DNA of 64,000 nucleotides, taken from assembly GCA_963701965.1 (NCBI GenBank), contig OY969695.1, positions 1,152,001 through 1,216,000 of the forward strand, read 5' to 3'. The notes beneath the pieces were generated by a model. The model saw only the letters and a list, made by a program, of their open reading frames with translations. It was not told where the DNA came from and did not search any database. This stretch comes from an uncultured Gemmatimonadales bacterium (GTDB lineage Bacteria > Gemmatimonadota > Gemmatimonadetes > Gemmatimonadales > Gemmatimonadaceae). This document shows positions 9,519-18,051 of this stretch, piece after piece; position 1 is the stretch's first letter, and the number at the start of each line of letters is the position of its first letter. The translations under genes were made by a program, and so were the position numbers.

Positions 9519-10321
9519 CGAGCAGCACAATGGACGATGTCGATCTCGGGACGGCCGCCGTTGGCGGTATGGCCCGGCGCCGCCGAGCGCGCCGCACGCT
9601 GCTCGCGCTTCTCATGCGCGAGCGGAACCAACAAGGTCAACAAGGTGATGACGACATCGACGAGGGCGGCGACGAGGATGTCGGCGGCGATGGTGACGAG
9701 AAGGAGGGTCAGCTGGTACGGCTGCTGATCGGGAGTCGAATTCTCAAGCGCCGTCGCGTCCGTCGCGCCCTGATCGCGCATCTGCTCCGCGAGGGCGGGG
9801 GCGGCGGAGAGGAAGAAGGTGAAGAGGACGAAGGCGGCGACAACGGCGCTGCCGAGGAAGGGGGCGACCGGGACCAGCGGTTCGTGCGGATGGTGATCGG
9901 CAGTCGGATTCTGCGGAAGCGGCGGTTGCGCCGCTTGCTCGTCGCCAAGTTGCTGCGGGACAGAGCGGGCGGGCAGGACGACGAGAGCGAGGAGGACGGC
10001 GACGAGGACGCGGGGGACGCGGAGACGGGAGACAAGGATCGCCAGCTCATGCGGCTCTTGGTCGGCAGTCGCGTACTCCGGCGTCGCCGCATCCGTCGCG
10101 CACTCGTGGCGCACCTGCTCAAGGAACGCAGCAGCAGCGGCGGCGGTGAGGACGAGTTCGACGAAGGGGATGAGGGCGAGGAGGATGGCGACGAGGAAGG
10201 CGGCGACGATGACCAGCGCATTGCGCGTCTCTTGGTCGGCAGTCGCATGATTCGGCGCCGGCGGGTGCGTCGCGCCCTACTGGCGCACCTTCTTCGGGAG
10301 AAGCAGGAAGACGTCGCCTGA
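9515..10321 (+). CDS. Hypothetical protein with four full and one partial Arg-rich repeats separated by Asp/Glu/Gly spacers
   Basis: CAGGAGGA RBS; repeat consensus RLL(I/V)GSR(I/V/M)(L/I)RRRR(V/I/L)RRAL(I/V/L)AHLLRE starting at 9713, 9881, 10046 and 10220. Confidence 0.8.
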   Translation: MTSSTMDDVDLGTAAVGGMARRRRARRTLLALLMRERNQQGQQGDDDIDEGGDEDVGGDGDEKEGQLVRLLIGSRILKRRRVRRALIAHLLREGGGGGEEEGEEDEGGDNGAAEEGGDRDQRFVRMVIGSRILRKRRLRRLLVAKLLRDRAGGQDDESEEDGDEDAGDAETGDKDRQLMRLLVGSRVLRRRRIRRALVAHLLKERSSSGGGEDEFDEGDEGEEDGDEEGGDDDQRIARLLVGSRMIRRRRVRRALLAHLLREKQEDVA

Positions 10322-10417
10322 GGACGACCGAACGGACGCGATCATTGACGACCATCCTTGGCGCCGGCATGCGTGTCGGCGCCATCGTGTTGCGGACTAC
10401 GCACTCATGGAGATGCC

Positions 10418-10720
10418 ATGCTGCTGATCCGGGAAGTGATGTACTGCAGACCGGGCAAGGTGCGCCCGATGGTCGAGAAGTTCGTCGCGATGTCGAAGCT
10501 CAGCGAGCAACTCGGCATGCCGCGCATGCGCATCATGACCGATTTTTGCGGCGAGCAGTTCTGGACCGTCGTGGCCGAGATGGAAGTGGCCGACCTGCAG
10601 GCGTTCGAGCAGATGATGGCGTCGCCGCCGGAGGATCTCCGGAAGTTCGAGGAGATCATGCAGGGGTACCACGATCTCGTCGATTATGGAAAGCGGGAGA
10701 TCTATAAGATCGAAGCGTGA
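10418..10720 (+). CDS. Small NIPSNAP-like (dimeric alpha-beta barrel) protein
   Basis: MLLIREVMYCRPGKVRP...GEQFWTVVAEMEV...GKREIYKIE; GGAG upstream. Confidence 0.65.
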   Translation: MLLIREVMYCRPGKVRPMVEKFVAMSKLSEQLGMPRMRIMTDFCGEQFWTVVAEMEVADLQAFEQMMASPPEDLRKFEEIMQGYHDLVDYGKREIYKIEA

Positions 10721-10723
10721 CCC

Positions 10724-11824
10724 CTATGGTCCGAGCGCCAGCGGGCGTACCCGTTTCACGAGCTCGGCCAGAAACTGGTCGGATCGCATGAAGACGGCGA
10801 AGTGGCCTCCGCCTTCAATGGGCACGAAGGCCTTTTGCGGGGCGCGGATCATTTCGAGATAGGCCCGGGCCAGCGCGGTGGGCGTCGTGAAATCCTCGGC
10901 GCCCTGAAAGAAGAACACGGGGACAGCGAACGCGAGGCCCAAGTCTTCCGGACGATCGGCGGTGACCTGGGGCACGAGTCGTTCGGCGCTCAACTCCTCG
11001 CCGGCCTCCGTCTCATTGAGCGCCTGCACCGACCCGCCGGGCGCGACCAGGGCGAAGCCGATCGTGCTGTTCAGAAAGCGGTCGGCGCCCTCGAACGCAT
11101 TCGCCCACTTCCACTGCACGCGGTACCCGTCCCCGCTCGCATACGGCGGGGCACCGACGCGTTCGAGCTCGGTCAGCGCGACCGTGTTGCCGAGCGCGCG
11201 GGCCTTGTGCACCAGCGCATCATAGGCGACCGCATAGTTCCGCGTCTCGTCGGCCACCTGCCCCGTCCCGACGTACGCACAAAAGAGATCGGGCCGCTGC
11301 CGCACCATGCGCAAGGCGAGGATCGAACCAAACGAATGCCCCACGAGGATGATCTTCGACTTGCTGAGATGCTGCCGCAGATACTCGGCGAGCTCGATCC
11401 CGTCCCGCGCCATCCGGTCGACGGTGAGCGTGGGCGCGATACCCGGCCCGCTCTTGGCCAGCGTCCGTCCCGCGCCCCGCTCATCCCACTGCACCACCGT
11501 GAAGTGCTCCTCCCACGGCGCAAAGATCGCGAACGACCACGGATTCGTGACGTCACCCGGCCCGCCGTGCACGAACAGAATCACCGGGTTGGCGCGATCC
11601 TGGCCCCGGATCGTCACCCACTGGTCGATCCCACCGATCGGAACGTAGCGCGCCTCGTCGATCCCCGCCGCTGACGTGATCGCATATTGCTTGGCATTGC
11701 GGGCGCGGATACCCGACATCGAGCGGTCGAACATCCGGTACGCCGAGTCGGTCGGGGTCTGGCCGATGATCGGCCGGGAGACCAGGGACACGGCGAGGCT
11801 GGCCAACAGCCAGTGTTGGTGCAT
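10724..11824 (-). CDS. Secreted alpha/beta hydrolase (proline iminopeptidase-like)
   Basis: HGGPG, QWDERGAGRT, GHSFG nucleophile elbow, GGGH; signal peptide. Confidence 0.88.
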   Translation of the reverse strand: MHQHWLLASLAVSLVSRPIIGQTPTDSAYRMFDRSMSGIRARNAKQYAITSAAGIDEARYVPIGGIDQWVTIRGQDRANPVILFVHGGPGDVTNPWSFAIFAPWEEHFTVVQWDERGAGRTLAKSGPGIAPTLTVDRMARDGIELAEYLRQHLSKSKIILVGHSFGSILALRMVRQRPDLFCAYVGTGQVADETRNYAVAYDALVHKARALGNTVALTELERVGAPPYASGDGYRVQWKWANAFEGADRFLNSTIGFALVAPGGSVQALNETEAGEELSAERLVPQVTADRPEDLGLAFAVPVFFFQGAEDFTTPTALARAYLEMIRAPQKAFVPIEGGGHFAVFMRSDQFLAELVKRVRPLALGP

Positions 11825-11890
11825 GCTCACACTACGACAGGCAACGCTCGCGGTTTCGTCGAGCGATTCCGCCCAACACAACATGTGGCG

Positions 11891-13132
11891 CTAGTCATGC
11901 CGCATCGCCTCGATCGGCGACAACCGCGCCGCCCGCAGGGCCGGTACCGTGCCGAACACCAGGCCAACGGCCGCGGCGGACAACACCGCGATGCCTATCG
12001 TCGACAGCGTGACCGCCGCGTGCAATTGGGCACCCGGCACCGTCAAGCGAGTCACGGCGGCCACGGCAAACGCGAGGAGCAATCCGGCCACCGTCCCCAC
12101 GCTGGTGCCCAGACCGGCGATAGCCACGGACTCCGCGAGAAACTGACAGAGGATGTCGCGACGCCGGGCGCCGAGCGCTTTGCGCACGCCGATTTCGCGC
12201 GTGCGCTCGACGACGCTGGCCAACAGCACATTCATGATCCCCACGCCGCCGACCGCGAGGGAGATGCTGGCGAACGCACCGAGAATCAGCTTGAGCACGC
12301 GCATCGCGGCGCGCAGCTGGCCGAGCGCCGCCAGCGCGGTGGTCACCGATACGCCGTGATCCCAGTCCCGATACCGCGTGGCGAGCCAGTCAATGACGCT
12401 CTGCTCGGTCGCGCCGACGGCCTCGATGGTCGACGCGTGCACCAGCAACGACGGCGTGAGCGCATTGTGGAGGCCGAGGGCTGCCGCCGCGGCGCGGAAC
12501 GGCACCCATATCTGGTAGTTGGTCTCACCCGGATACGCCGGCATGACGCCCACTGTCGTGAAGGCGCGGCCGCGGACGCGCACATCGTGGCCGAGCATGG
12601 CGGCCGGATTGCCATTCGTGGCCAACTCCGCGGCCAGCTTATAAGAGAGGACGATCACGGGCGCATTGTGCGAGGCTTCGACGGGCGTGAAGAAGCGGCC
12701 GGCGAAGACGTCCCGCATGCCAAAGAGCAGATAGTTGGCGAGGGTCGCGGTGAGCGAGACGGCGTGCTCCGGCGCGCTGGGCGTGGTGACCACGGCCGAT
12801 CCATCGAGGGTCATGGTCACGACGCCCGCGCCGCCGAGAAACCCTTGGAGATCCTCGGCATCGCGGGCGCCGAAGATCGGATAGCCGGGGTTGGGGAACG
12901 AGAACCCGTCGCGCACCCGCTGCGTGCGTGACGCGACGGTGATCGACTGGACGTCGGTCTGGGCCGCGATCTGATGGCGCGCATACTGCTCCAGTCCGTC
13001 AGCGAGCGCGAGGGTGGCGCTGACCGACGCGATCCCCATCACCACGCCGAGCGTCGACAGCCCCGTGCGCAGCGGGCTGACTACCATCTGGCCCAGGCCC
13101 TGCGCGACCGAGGCGCCGGCAACGACGTCCAT
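11891..13132 (-). CDS. MacB/FtsX-family ABC transporter permease
   Basis: [53 protein letters not shown]. Confidence 0.9.
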   Translation of the reverse strand: MDVVAGASVAQGLGQMVVSPLRTGLSTLGVVMGIASVSATLALADGLEQYARHQIAAQTDVQSITVASRTQRVRDGFSFPNPGYPIFGARDAEDLQGFLGGAGVVTMTLDGSAVVTTPSAPEHAVSLTATLANYLLFGMRDVFAGRFFTPVEASHNAPVIVLSYKLAAELATNGNPAAMLGHDVRVRGRAFTTVGVMPAYPGETNYQIWVPFRAAAAALGLHNALTPSLLVHASTIEAVGATEQSVIDWLATRYRDWDHGVSVTTALAALGQLRAAMRVLKLILGAFASISLAVGGVGIMNVLLASVVERTREIGVRKALGARRRDILCQFLAESVAIAGLGTSVGTVAGLLLAFAVAAVTRLTVPGAQLHAAVTLSTIGIAVLSAAAVGLVFGTVPALRAARLSPIEAMRHD

Positions 13133-13188
13133 GGTGTCCAGAGTACCCGGGATCCGGTGGCGCCGCTATCGTCCAATAGTCGCGCGGT

Positions 13189-13208
13189 CCTACAACTTTC
13201 GTTGGAGG
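13189..13208. promoter_or_regulatory. Inverted repeat between the divergent permease and two-component genes; candidate response-regulator site
   Basis: CCTACAAC-TTTC-GTTGGAGG (7/8 match). Confidence 0.45.
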
Positions 13209-13241
13209 CGCGCGGCCGTCTCGGACGCCATCATATCAGTC

Positions 13242-14417
13242 ATGCCGCTCGAACCGCTGTTCGCGGCCAACAAGGCTCTGTGGCTCCGCGTCTGGATCGC
13301 GACACAGAGTGCCGCGGTGGTCGTCGCCTGCTCCTTGATGATCGCGCACGCCGGCGGCGCGCGCGCGTTCCTGGCATCGCCGGCAGCGCCCCGGTCGGTC
13401 CTGACGGTCGCGATGTTGATCGCGTACCATGGCGTCGGCCTCCAGGCGCACGACTGGATGTTGCGGCGACCGTGGGCGGTCGCGATGTTCGTGCCAGTGG
13501 GCTGGGCCCTCATCCTGTCGTCGGTGGCCATTCACCCGGGGTTCGGCGTGCTGTTGCTCGGGGCCATTCTTCAAGGATTCATTTTTCTGCCGTTCACCTG
13601 GGCCATCACCACGCTCGCCTTGTTGGTGCTCCTCACGATCGCCGTGGTGATCACGCAGGCCGCGGTGCGGGAGCCCGGGCCCGGCGCGGCGCTGACGCTC
13701 GCCCGCGTTGTGGCGCTGCTGGCGAGCGGCATCACGTTCGGCACGGTGGTGCTCTACATTCATCGGGTGAACCGCGACGCGCGCGAAGCCGGGGCTCGCG
13801 AGGAGCGACAGCGATTGGCGCGCGACATTCACGATACGGTCGCGCAAGGGTTCGCCAGCGTCATCAAGCACCTGGAGGCCGTCGAGTTGTCGTTTGACGC
13901 GCCGCTCGCGGCGCGATCCCACTTGGTCAACGCGCAGGCCGTGTCCCGCGCGAGCCTCGACGAGATTCGCCGCCTGGTGTGGGCGCTCCGGCCGCCGCAG
14001 CTCGTGGAGGCCACGCTCCCCGCGGCGATTGGGCGGATCGTGCGCCAATGGGGCGAGGCGCACGCCATCGCGGCAACGTGTGAGGTCACGGAGTGTCCGC
14101 CGTTGCATCCCGACGCCGAGGTGATTTTCTTGCGCGCCACGCAGGAGGCCCTCAGCAACGTCGCCCGGCATGCCGGCGCGGCCCGGGTCACCGTGGCGAT
14201 GCACTGTGTCGACGGGCTCGTGCTGCTCTCGATCGAAGATGACGGGCGCGGTTTCGCCGAGCCGGCCCCTACGGGCGCCAATGGGGTCGGGATCGCCGGC
14301 ATGCGTGAGCGCGTGCGAGCGTTCGGCGGTCGCGTGATGATTGATACCGGACCCGGTATGGGCACGAGCCTCACGGTGGCATTGCCACTGGCGGCGATCG
14401 CGGCGGCGCCGGTATGA
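13242..14417 (+). CDS. HisKA_3 (NarX/DesK-type) sensor histidine kinase
   Basis: ERQRLARDIHDTVAQ, QEALSNVARHA, DDGRGF, GVGIAGMRER. Confidence 0.92.
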   Translation: MPLEPLFAANKALWLRVWIATQSAAVVVACSLMIAHAGGARAFLASPAAPRSVLTVAMLIAYHGVGLQAHDWMLRRPWAVAMFVPVGWALILSSVAIHPGFGVLLLGAILQGFIFLPFTWAITTLALLVLLTIAVVITQAAVREPGPGAALTLARVVALLASGITFGTVVLYIHRVNRDAREAGAREERQRLARDIHDTVAQGFASVIKHLEAVELSFDAPLAARSHLVNAQAVSRASLDEIRRLVWALRPPQLVEATLPAAIGRIVRQWGEAHAIAATCEVTECPPLHPDAEVIFLRATQEALSNVARHAGAARVTVAMHCVDGLVLLSIEDDGRGFAEPAPTGANGVGIAGMRERVRAFGGRVMIDTGPGMGTSLTVALPLAAIAAAPV

Positions 14418-15055
14418 GCGCCACGCCGAGCCCCGTCATTCGCATTCTGGTCGTCGACGATCACCCGATCGTGCGGAGTGGGATCACGAGCGTATTGGCG
14501 AGCCAGCCCGACTTCGTGGTGGTGGGCGAAGCGGGGAACGGTGACGAGGCCGTGGCGGCCGCAGGACGGTGCGCGCCCGATATCGTGTTGATGGATCTCC
14601 GGATGCCGGGACGCGACGGCGTCGATGCGTCGGCGGCGATTCTGGCGACGCGGCCCTGCACGCGCATTGTCGTGTTGACGACGTTCGTCTCAGACGGCGA
14701 CGTCTTACGCGCGATCGAGGCCGGCGCCGTGGGCTATCTCCTCAAGGATGTTCCACACGAGGAATTGTTCCGGGCGCTGCGCGCCGTGGCCCGGGGGGAG
14801 CGCTATCTGGCGCCCGTGGTCACCGAGCGGTTAATGGCGCAGTGGCAGCAGCCGCCCCGCCCGACCCTCACCAGCCGCGAGCGCGACGTGCTCCGCGGCG
14901 TCGCCCGCGGCGAGGGCAACAAGCACATCGCGGCCGGCCTTGGGATCGCCGAGCCGACCGTCAAGGCGCATCTCGTCCACATCTTCGAGAAGCTGGGGGT
15001 CGAGAATCGCACGGCCGCGGCGCGGGTCGCGCATGAGCAAGGCCTGGTCGACTGA
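14414..15055 (+). CDS. NarL/LuxR-family response regulator
   Basis: VVDDHPIVRSG, LMDLRMP, GYLLKD, LTSRERDVL...TVKAHL; ATGA overlap with the kinase. Confidence 0.95.
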   Translation: MSATPSPVIRILVVDDHPIVRSGITSVLASQPDFVVVGEAGNGDEAVAAAGRCAPDIVLMDLRMPGRDGVDASAAILATRPCTRIVVLTTFVSDGDVLRAIEAGAVGYLLKDVPHEELFRALRAVARGERYLAPVVTERLMAQWQQPPRPTLTSRERDVLRGVARGEGNKHIAAGLGIAEPTVKAHLVHIFEKLGVENRTAAARVAHEQGLVD

Positions 15056-15418
15056 GGGCGCGGCACCACTCAGCGGGCGATAGCGCGCGCCGGGACCGGG
15101 CCAGGACAAACAGGATGCCGGCGACGACTGCTGTCGGGTCAGAAGCGCCTGCGCCATCGGGTTCCTCGGAGCGGCTAGGTCTAGTCTTACTACCGCTGGG
15201 ACCGCTCCTTTGTTTTGCCCCGAGGCGTTTGACTTCACGCGCGCTTGAAGACGTACCCTGGGCCCTCCCCGTGCCGATCGCAGATGCCTGTGACCGTACG
15301 CGAGGAGCGACGGGCGATCTAGCTCGTGCTCCAGTCGGTCGCGGGGGCCCTCGTACTGGCCGCCGAGGCCTGACCGGTACGGCCCTTGCCAACCGGTACG
15401 GGCGTGCAGCGTCGTCTG

Positions 15419-15946
15419 ATGCTCACCCGTACACAATGGGTGGGATTGCCGCTCCTGGCGGCCGCGCCGGTCTTGGGGCTTGCCGGTGTACTCGGCGCTG
15501 GTCGCATCGCAGTCGTGGGCCGAACCGCCATTGTGTATGCGTTCCTCCTTTTCGGTCTCCGCGTACTGGGCAAGCGCGATCTCTCGCAAATGACGCCGTT
15601 CGACGCCGTGTTGCTCTTTCTCATCCCGCAACTCTTTCGGAACTACTTGATCGCCTCGGACAACACGTTCCTGACGGCGCTCGTGAGCGCCACGACGCTG
15701 CTGGTGCTCGTCTACCTCACGTCCTTGCTGGGATTCTGGAGCCCGGTCGTCAACCGACTGGTCCGCGCCCGACCCAGCGTGCTGGTGGAGCAAGGCACCC
15801 TCGTGCCCCGCGAGCTCGATCGTGAACGCATCACCGTGGAGGAGGTTGAAGCCGCGGCGCGGCGCGAGGGCCTGATAAGCCTGCGCGACGTACGGCGGGC
15901 GACCCTCGAGGCGGACGGCAGCATCTCGATCGTGCCATGGGACTAG
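15419..15946 (+). CDS. DUF421/YetF-family membrane protein
   Basis: GKRDLSQMTPFDAV and ATLEADGSISIV. Confidence 0.85.
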   Translation: MLTRTQWVGLPLLAAAPVLGLAGVLGAGRIAVVGRTAIVYAFLLFGLRVLGKRDLSQMTPFDAVLLFLIPQLFRNYLIASDNTFLTALVSATTLLVLVYLTSLLGFWSPVVNRLVRARPSVLVEQGTLVPRELDRERITVEEVEAAARREGLISLRDVRRATLEADGSISIVPWD

Positions 15947-17028
15947 CCGCCACCCCGCGCTCGCATATCCGCGAAGCGACCCGAGACTACGAGCGCTGGC
16001 TCCGCCGAGCCGTTCGGGTCGTCGAGCCCGCATTGCGCGACAAGCACGTCCGCATGCGCGACGACATCTTCGCGTTCTTCCGCGGCACATTCTATCGATG
16101 GGCACAGCTCGGCCCCGCGCTCACCCCGGAGGCCGGCGACGCGCCGCGGGTACTCGCCGTCGGCGATCTGCACGTCGACAGCTTCGGCACGTGGCGTGAC
16201 GATGAAGGACGGCTCGCGTGGGGGGTCGATGATTTCGACAACGCCTATCCCCTTCCCTACACGAACGACCTGATTCGTCTGGCGGCCAGCGCGAAGATCG
16301 CCCGGGACGCCGGTCTCATCGCCATCAAGCCGGCCGACGCCAGCGATGCGATTCTCGACGGATACACGGCCACCCTCCGCGATGGCGGCCGTCCCGTGGT
16401 CCTCGCGGAGACGCACGAGCACCTCGAGAAACTGGGGATCGACGTGATCAAGCCACCGCGCAACTTCTGGAAGACGCTCCGTCAGTGGCCGATCGTGCGC
16501 CAGCCACCGCGCGGCGCGCTCCAGGCGCTCAACGCCCTGTTGCCCGCCTCCGTCAGCGAACGCACCGTGGTGCGGCGAGAGGCGGGACTCGGCAGTCTGG
16601 GCCAACCGCGATTCGCGATGATCGCCGAGGACGAGGGGGGTGCGGTGGCGCGCGAGGTGAAGGCCCTCACGCCGTCGGATTGCGTATGGGCCTCCGGTCG
16701 ACGGGGCAACACGCAACCCTACTACGCCCAGGCGATGGCCCGCGCGGTCCGGTCGCCGGACCCGTACCAGCGGGTCGTGGGACGCTGGATCGTCCGGCGC
16801 CTCTCCCCGGATTCCAACCCCATCGAGCTCGCCACATTGAGCGCCAAGCGAGACGAGATGCGCCTCCTGCATGCCATGGGCGTCGAGGCGGCGAATGTCC
16901 ACCTCGGCACCCCGAAGCAGACGAGGGCCGTGCTGGCTGACGTCGGGCGACGCGACGCACACTGGCTCCGCGACGCCGCCAAGACGATGGCCCACGCTAT
17001 CGAGCGTGACTGGCGGGAGTACCGTTAG
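15937..17028 (+). CDS. DUF2252 family (kinase-like) protein
   Basis: FAFFRGT, GDLHVDSFG, GVDDFD, GLGSLG, REVKA. Confidence 0.85.
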   Translation: MGLAATPRSHIREATRDYERWLRRAVRVVEPALRDKHVRMRDDIFAFFRGTFYRWAQLGPALTPEAGDAPRVLAVGDLHVDSFGTWRDDEGRLAWGVDDFDNAYPLPYTNDLIRLAASAKIARDAGLIAIKPADASDAILDGYTATLRDGGRPVVLAETHEHLEKLGIDVIKPPRNFWKTLRQWPIVRQPPRGALQALNALLPASVSERTVVRREAGLGSLGQPRFAMIAEDEGGAVAREVKALTPSDCVWASGRRGNTQPYYAQAMARAVRSPDPYQRVVGRWIVRRLSPDSNPIELATLSAKRDEMRLLHAMGVEAANVHLGTPKQTRAVLADVGRRDAHWLRDAAKTMAHAIERDWREYR

Positions 17029-17951
17029 CGCGACACGTATCCGCCGATCACCGGGACGACCTCGCCCGTGATGTAGCTCGAGCAGACGGGCGCCGCCAGA
17101 AAGACGTAGAGCGGCGACAGCTCCTCGGGTTGCGCGGGCCGGCCCATCGGCGTGCTCTTGCCGAACTCCGTGATCTTGTCCGCGGATTGATCCGCGGGAT
17201 TGAGCGGCGTCCAGACCGGCCCGGGCGCGACGGCGTTGACGCGAATGCCGCGGTCCATGACGCTCTCCGCGAGCGACCGCGTGAAGGCATGAATCCCGCC
17301 CTTGGTCGTCGAGTAATCGATGAGCGCCTTGTTCCCTTGGAGGGCGGTCACCGACCCGGTATTGATGATCGCGCTCTGGTTCCCCAAATGCGGCAGCGCC
17401 GCCTTCGTCATGTAGAAATAGCCGTACAGGTTCGTCTTCATCGTGCGATCGAACTGTTCATCGCTCAATGCGTCGACCGAGATCGCGTGTTCTTGGAACG
17501 CGGCGTTGTTGACCAGAATGTCGAGACCACCGAACGCGCGGACCGTCTCCGCGACGGCGTGTCGACAGAAGTCGGGATCCGACACATCACCGGAGACCAG
17601 CAGGCATTGGCGCCCTTCGCGTTGCACCGCGTCGCGCGTCTCCTCGGCGTCGTCCTGCTCGTCCGGGAGATAGACGATCGCGACGTCCGCCCCCTCACGG
17701 GCGTACAAGACCGCGACGGCGCGCCCGATGCCCGAGTCCCCTCCGGTGATCAGGGCGACCATATCGAGCAGCTTGTCGGAGCCTTTGTAGCCCGGCGCCT
17801 CGTACTGGGGTCGCGGCTTGAGCGCGGATTCATGGCCGGGTTTGGCCTGGTGCTGCCGGGGCAACGGCACGCCCGGATGCGAGCGCGCGCCGGCCTGCAC
17901 GGCCTTGCCGTTCCTGCGGTTCGTTGGCCCGCTCGGTCGTTTCTTTGCCAT
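17025..17951 (-). CDS. SDR oxidoreductase (YghA/YdaD general-stress type)
   Basis: ITGGDSGIGRAV, NNAA, YSTTKG, VAPGPVWTPL. Confidence 0.92.
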   Translation of the reverse strand: MAKKRPSGPTNRRNGKAVQAGARSHPGVPLPRQHQAKPGHESALKPRPQYEAPGYKGSDKLLDMVALITGGDSGIGRAVAVLYAREGADVAIVYLPDEQDDAEETRDAVQREGRQCLLVSGDVSDPDFCRHAVAETVRAFGGLDILVNNAAFQEHAISVDALSDEQFDRTMKTNLYGYFYMTKAALPHLGNQSAIINTGSVTALQGNKALIDYSTTKGGIHAFTRSLAESVMDRGIRVNAVAPGPVWTPLNPADQSADKITEFGKSTPMGRPAQPEELSPLYVFLAAPVCSSYITGEVVPVIGGYVSR

Positions 17952-18051
17952 ATGAGCCTGTATGGCGAATTTTGCGCCAGCGGCCGCGGCCGGGCTCGCC
18001 GCATCGGCGATGTCAGGCGACCCGGTTGTCAGATCGGCTACGTTTCTTTCA

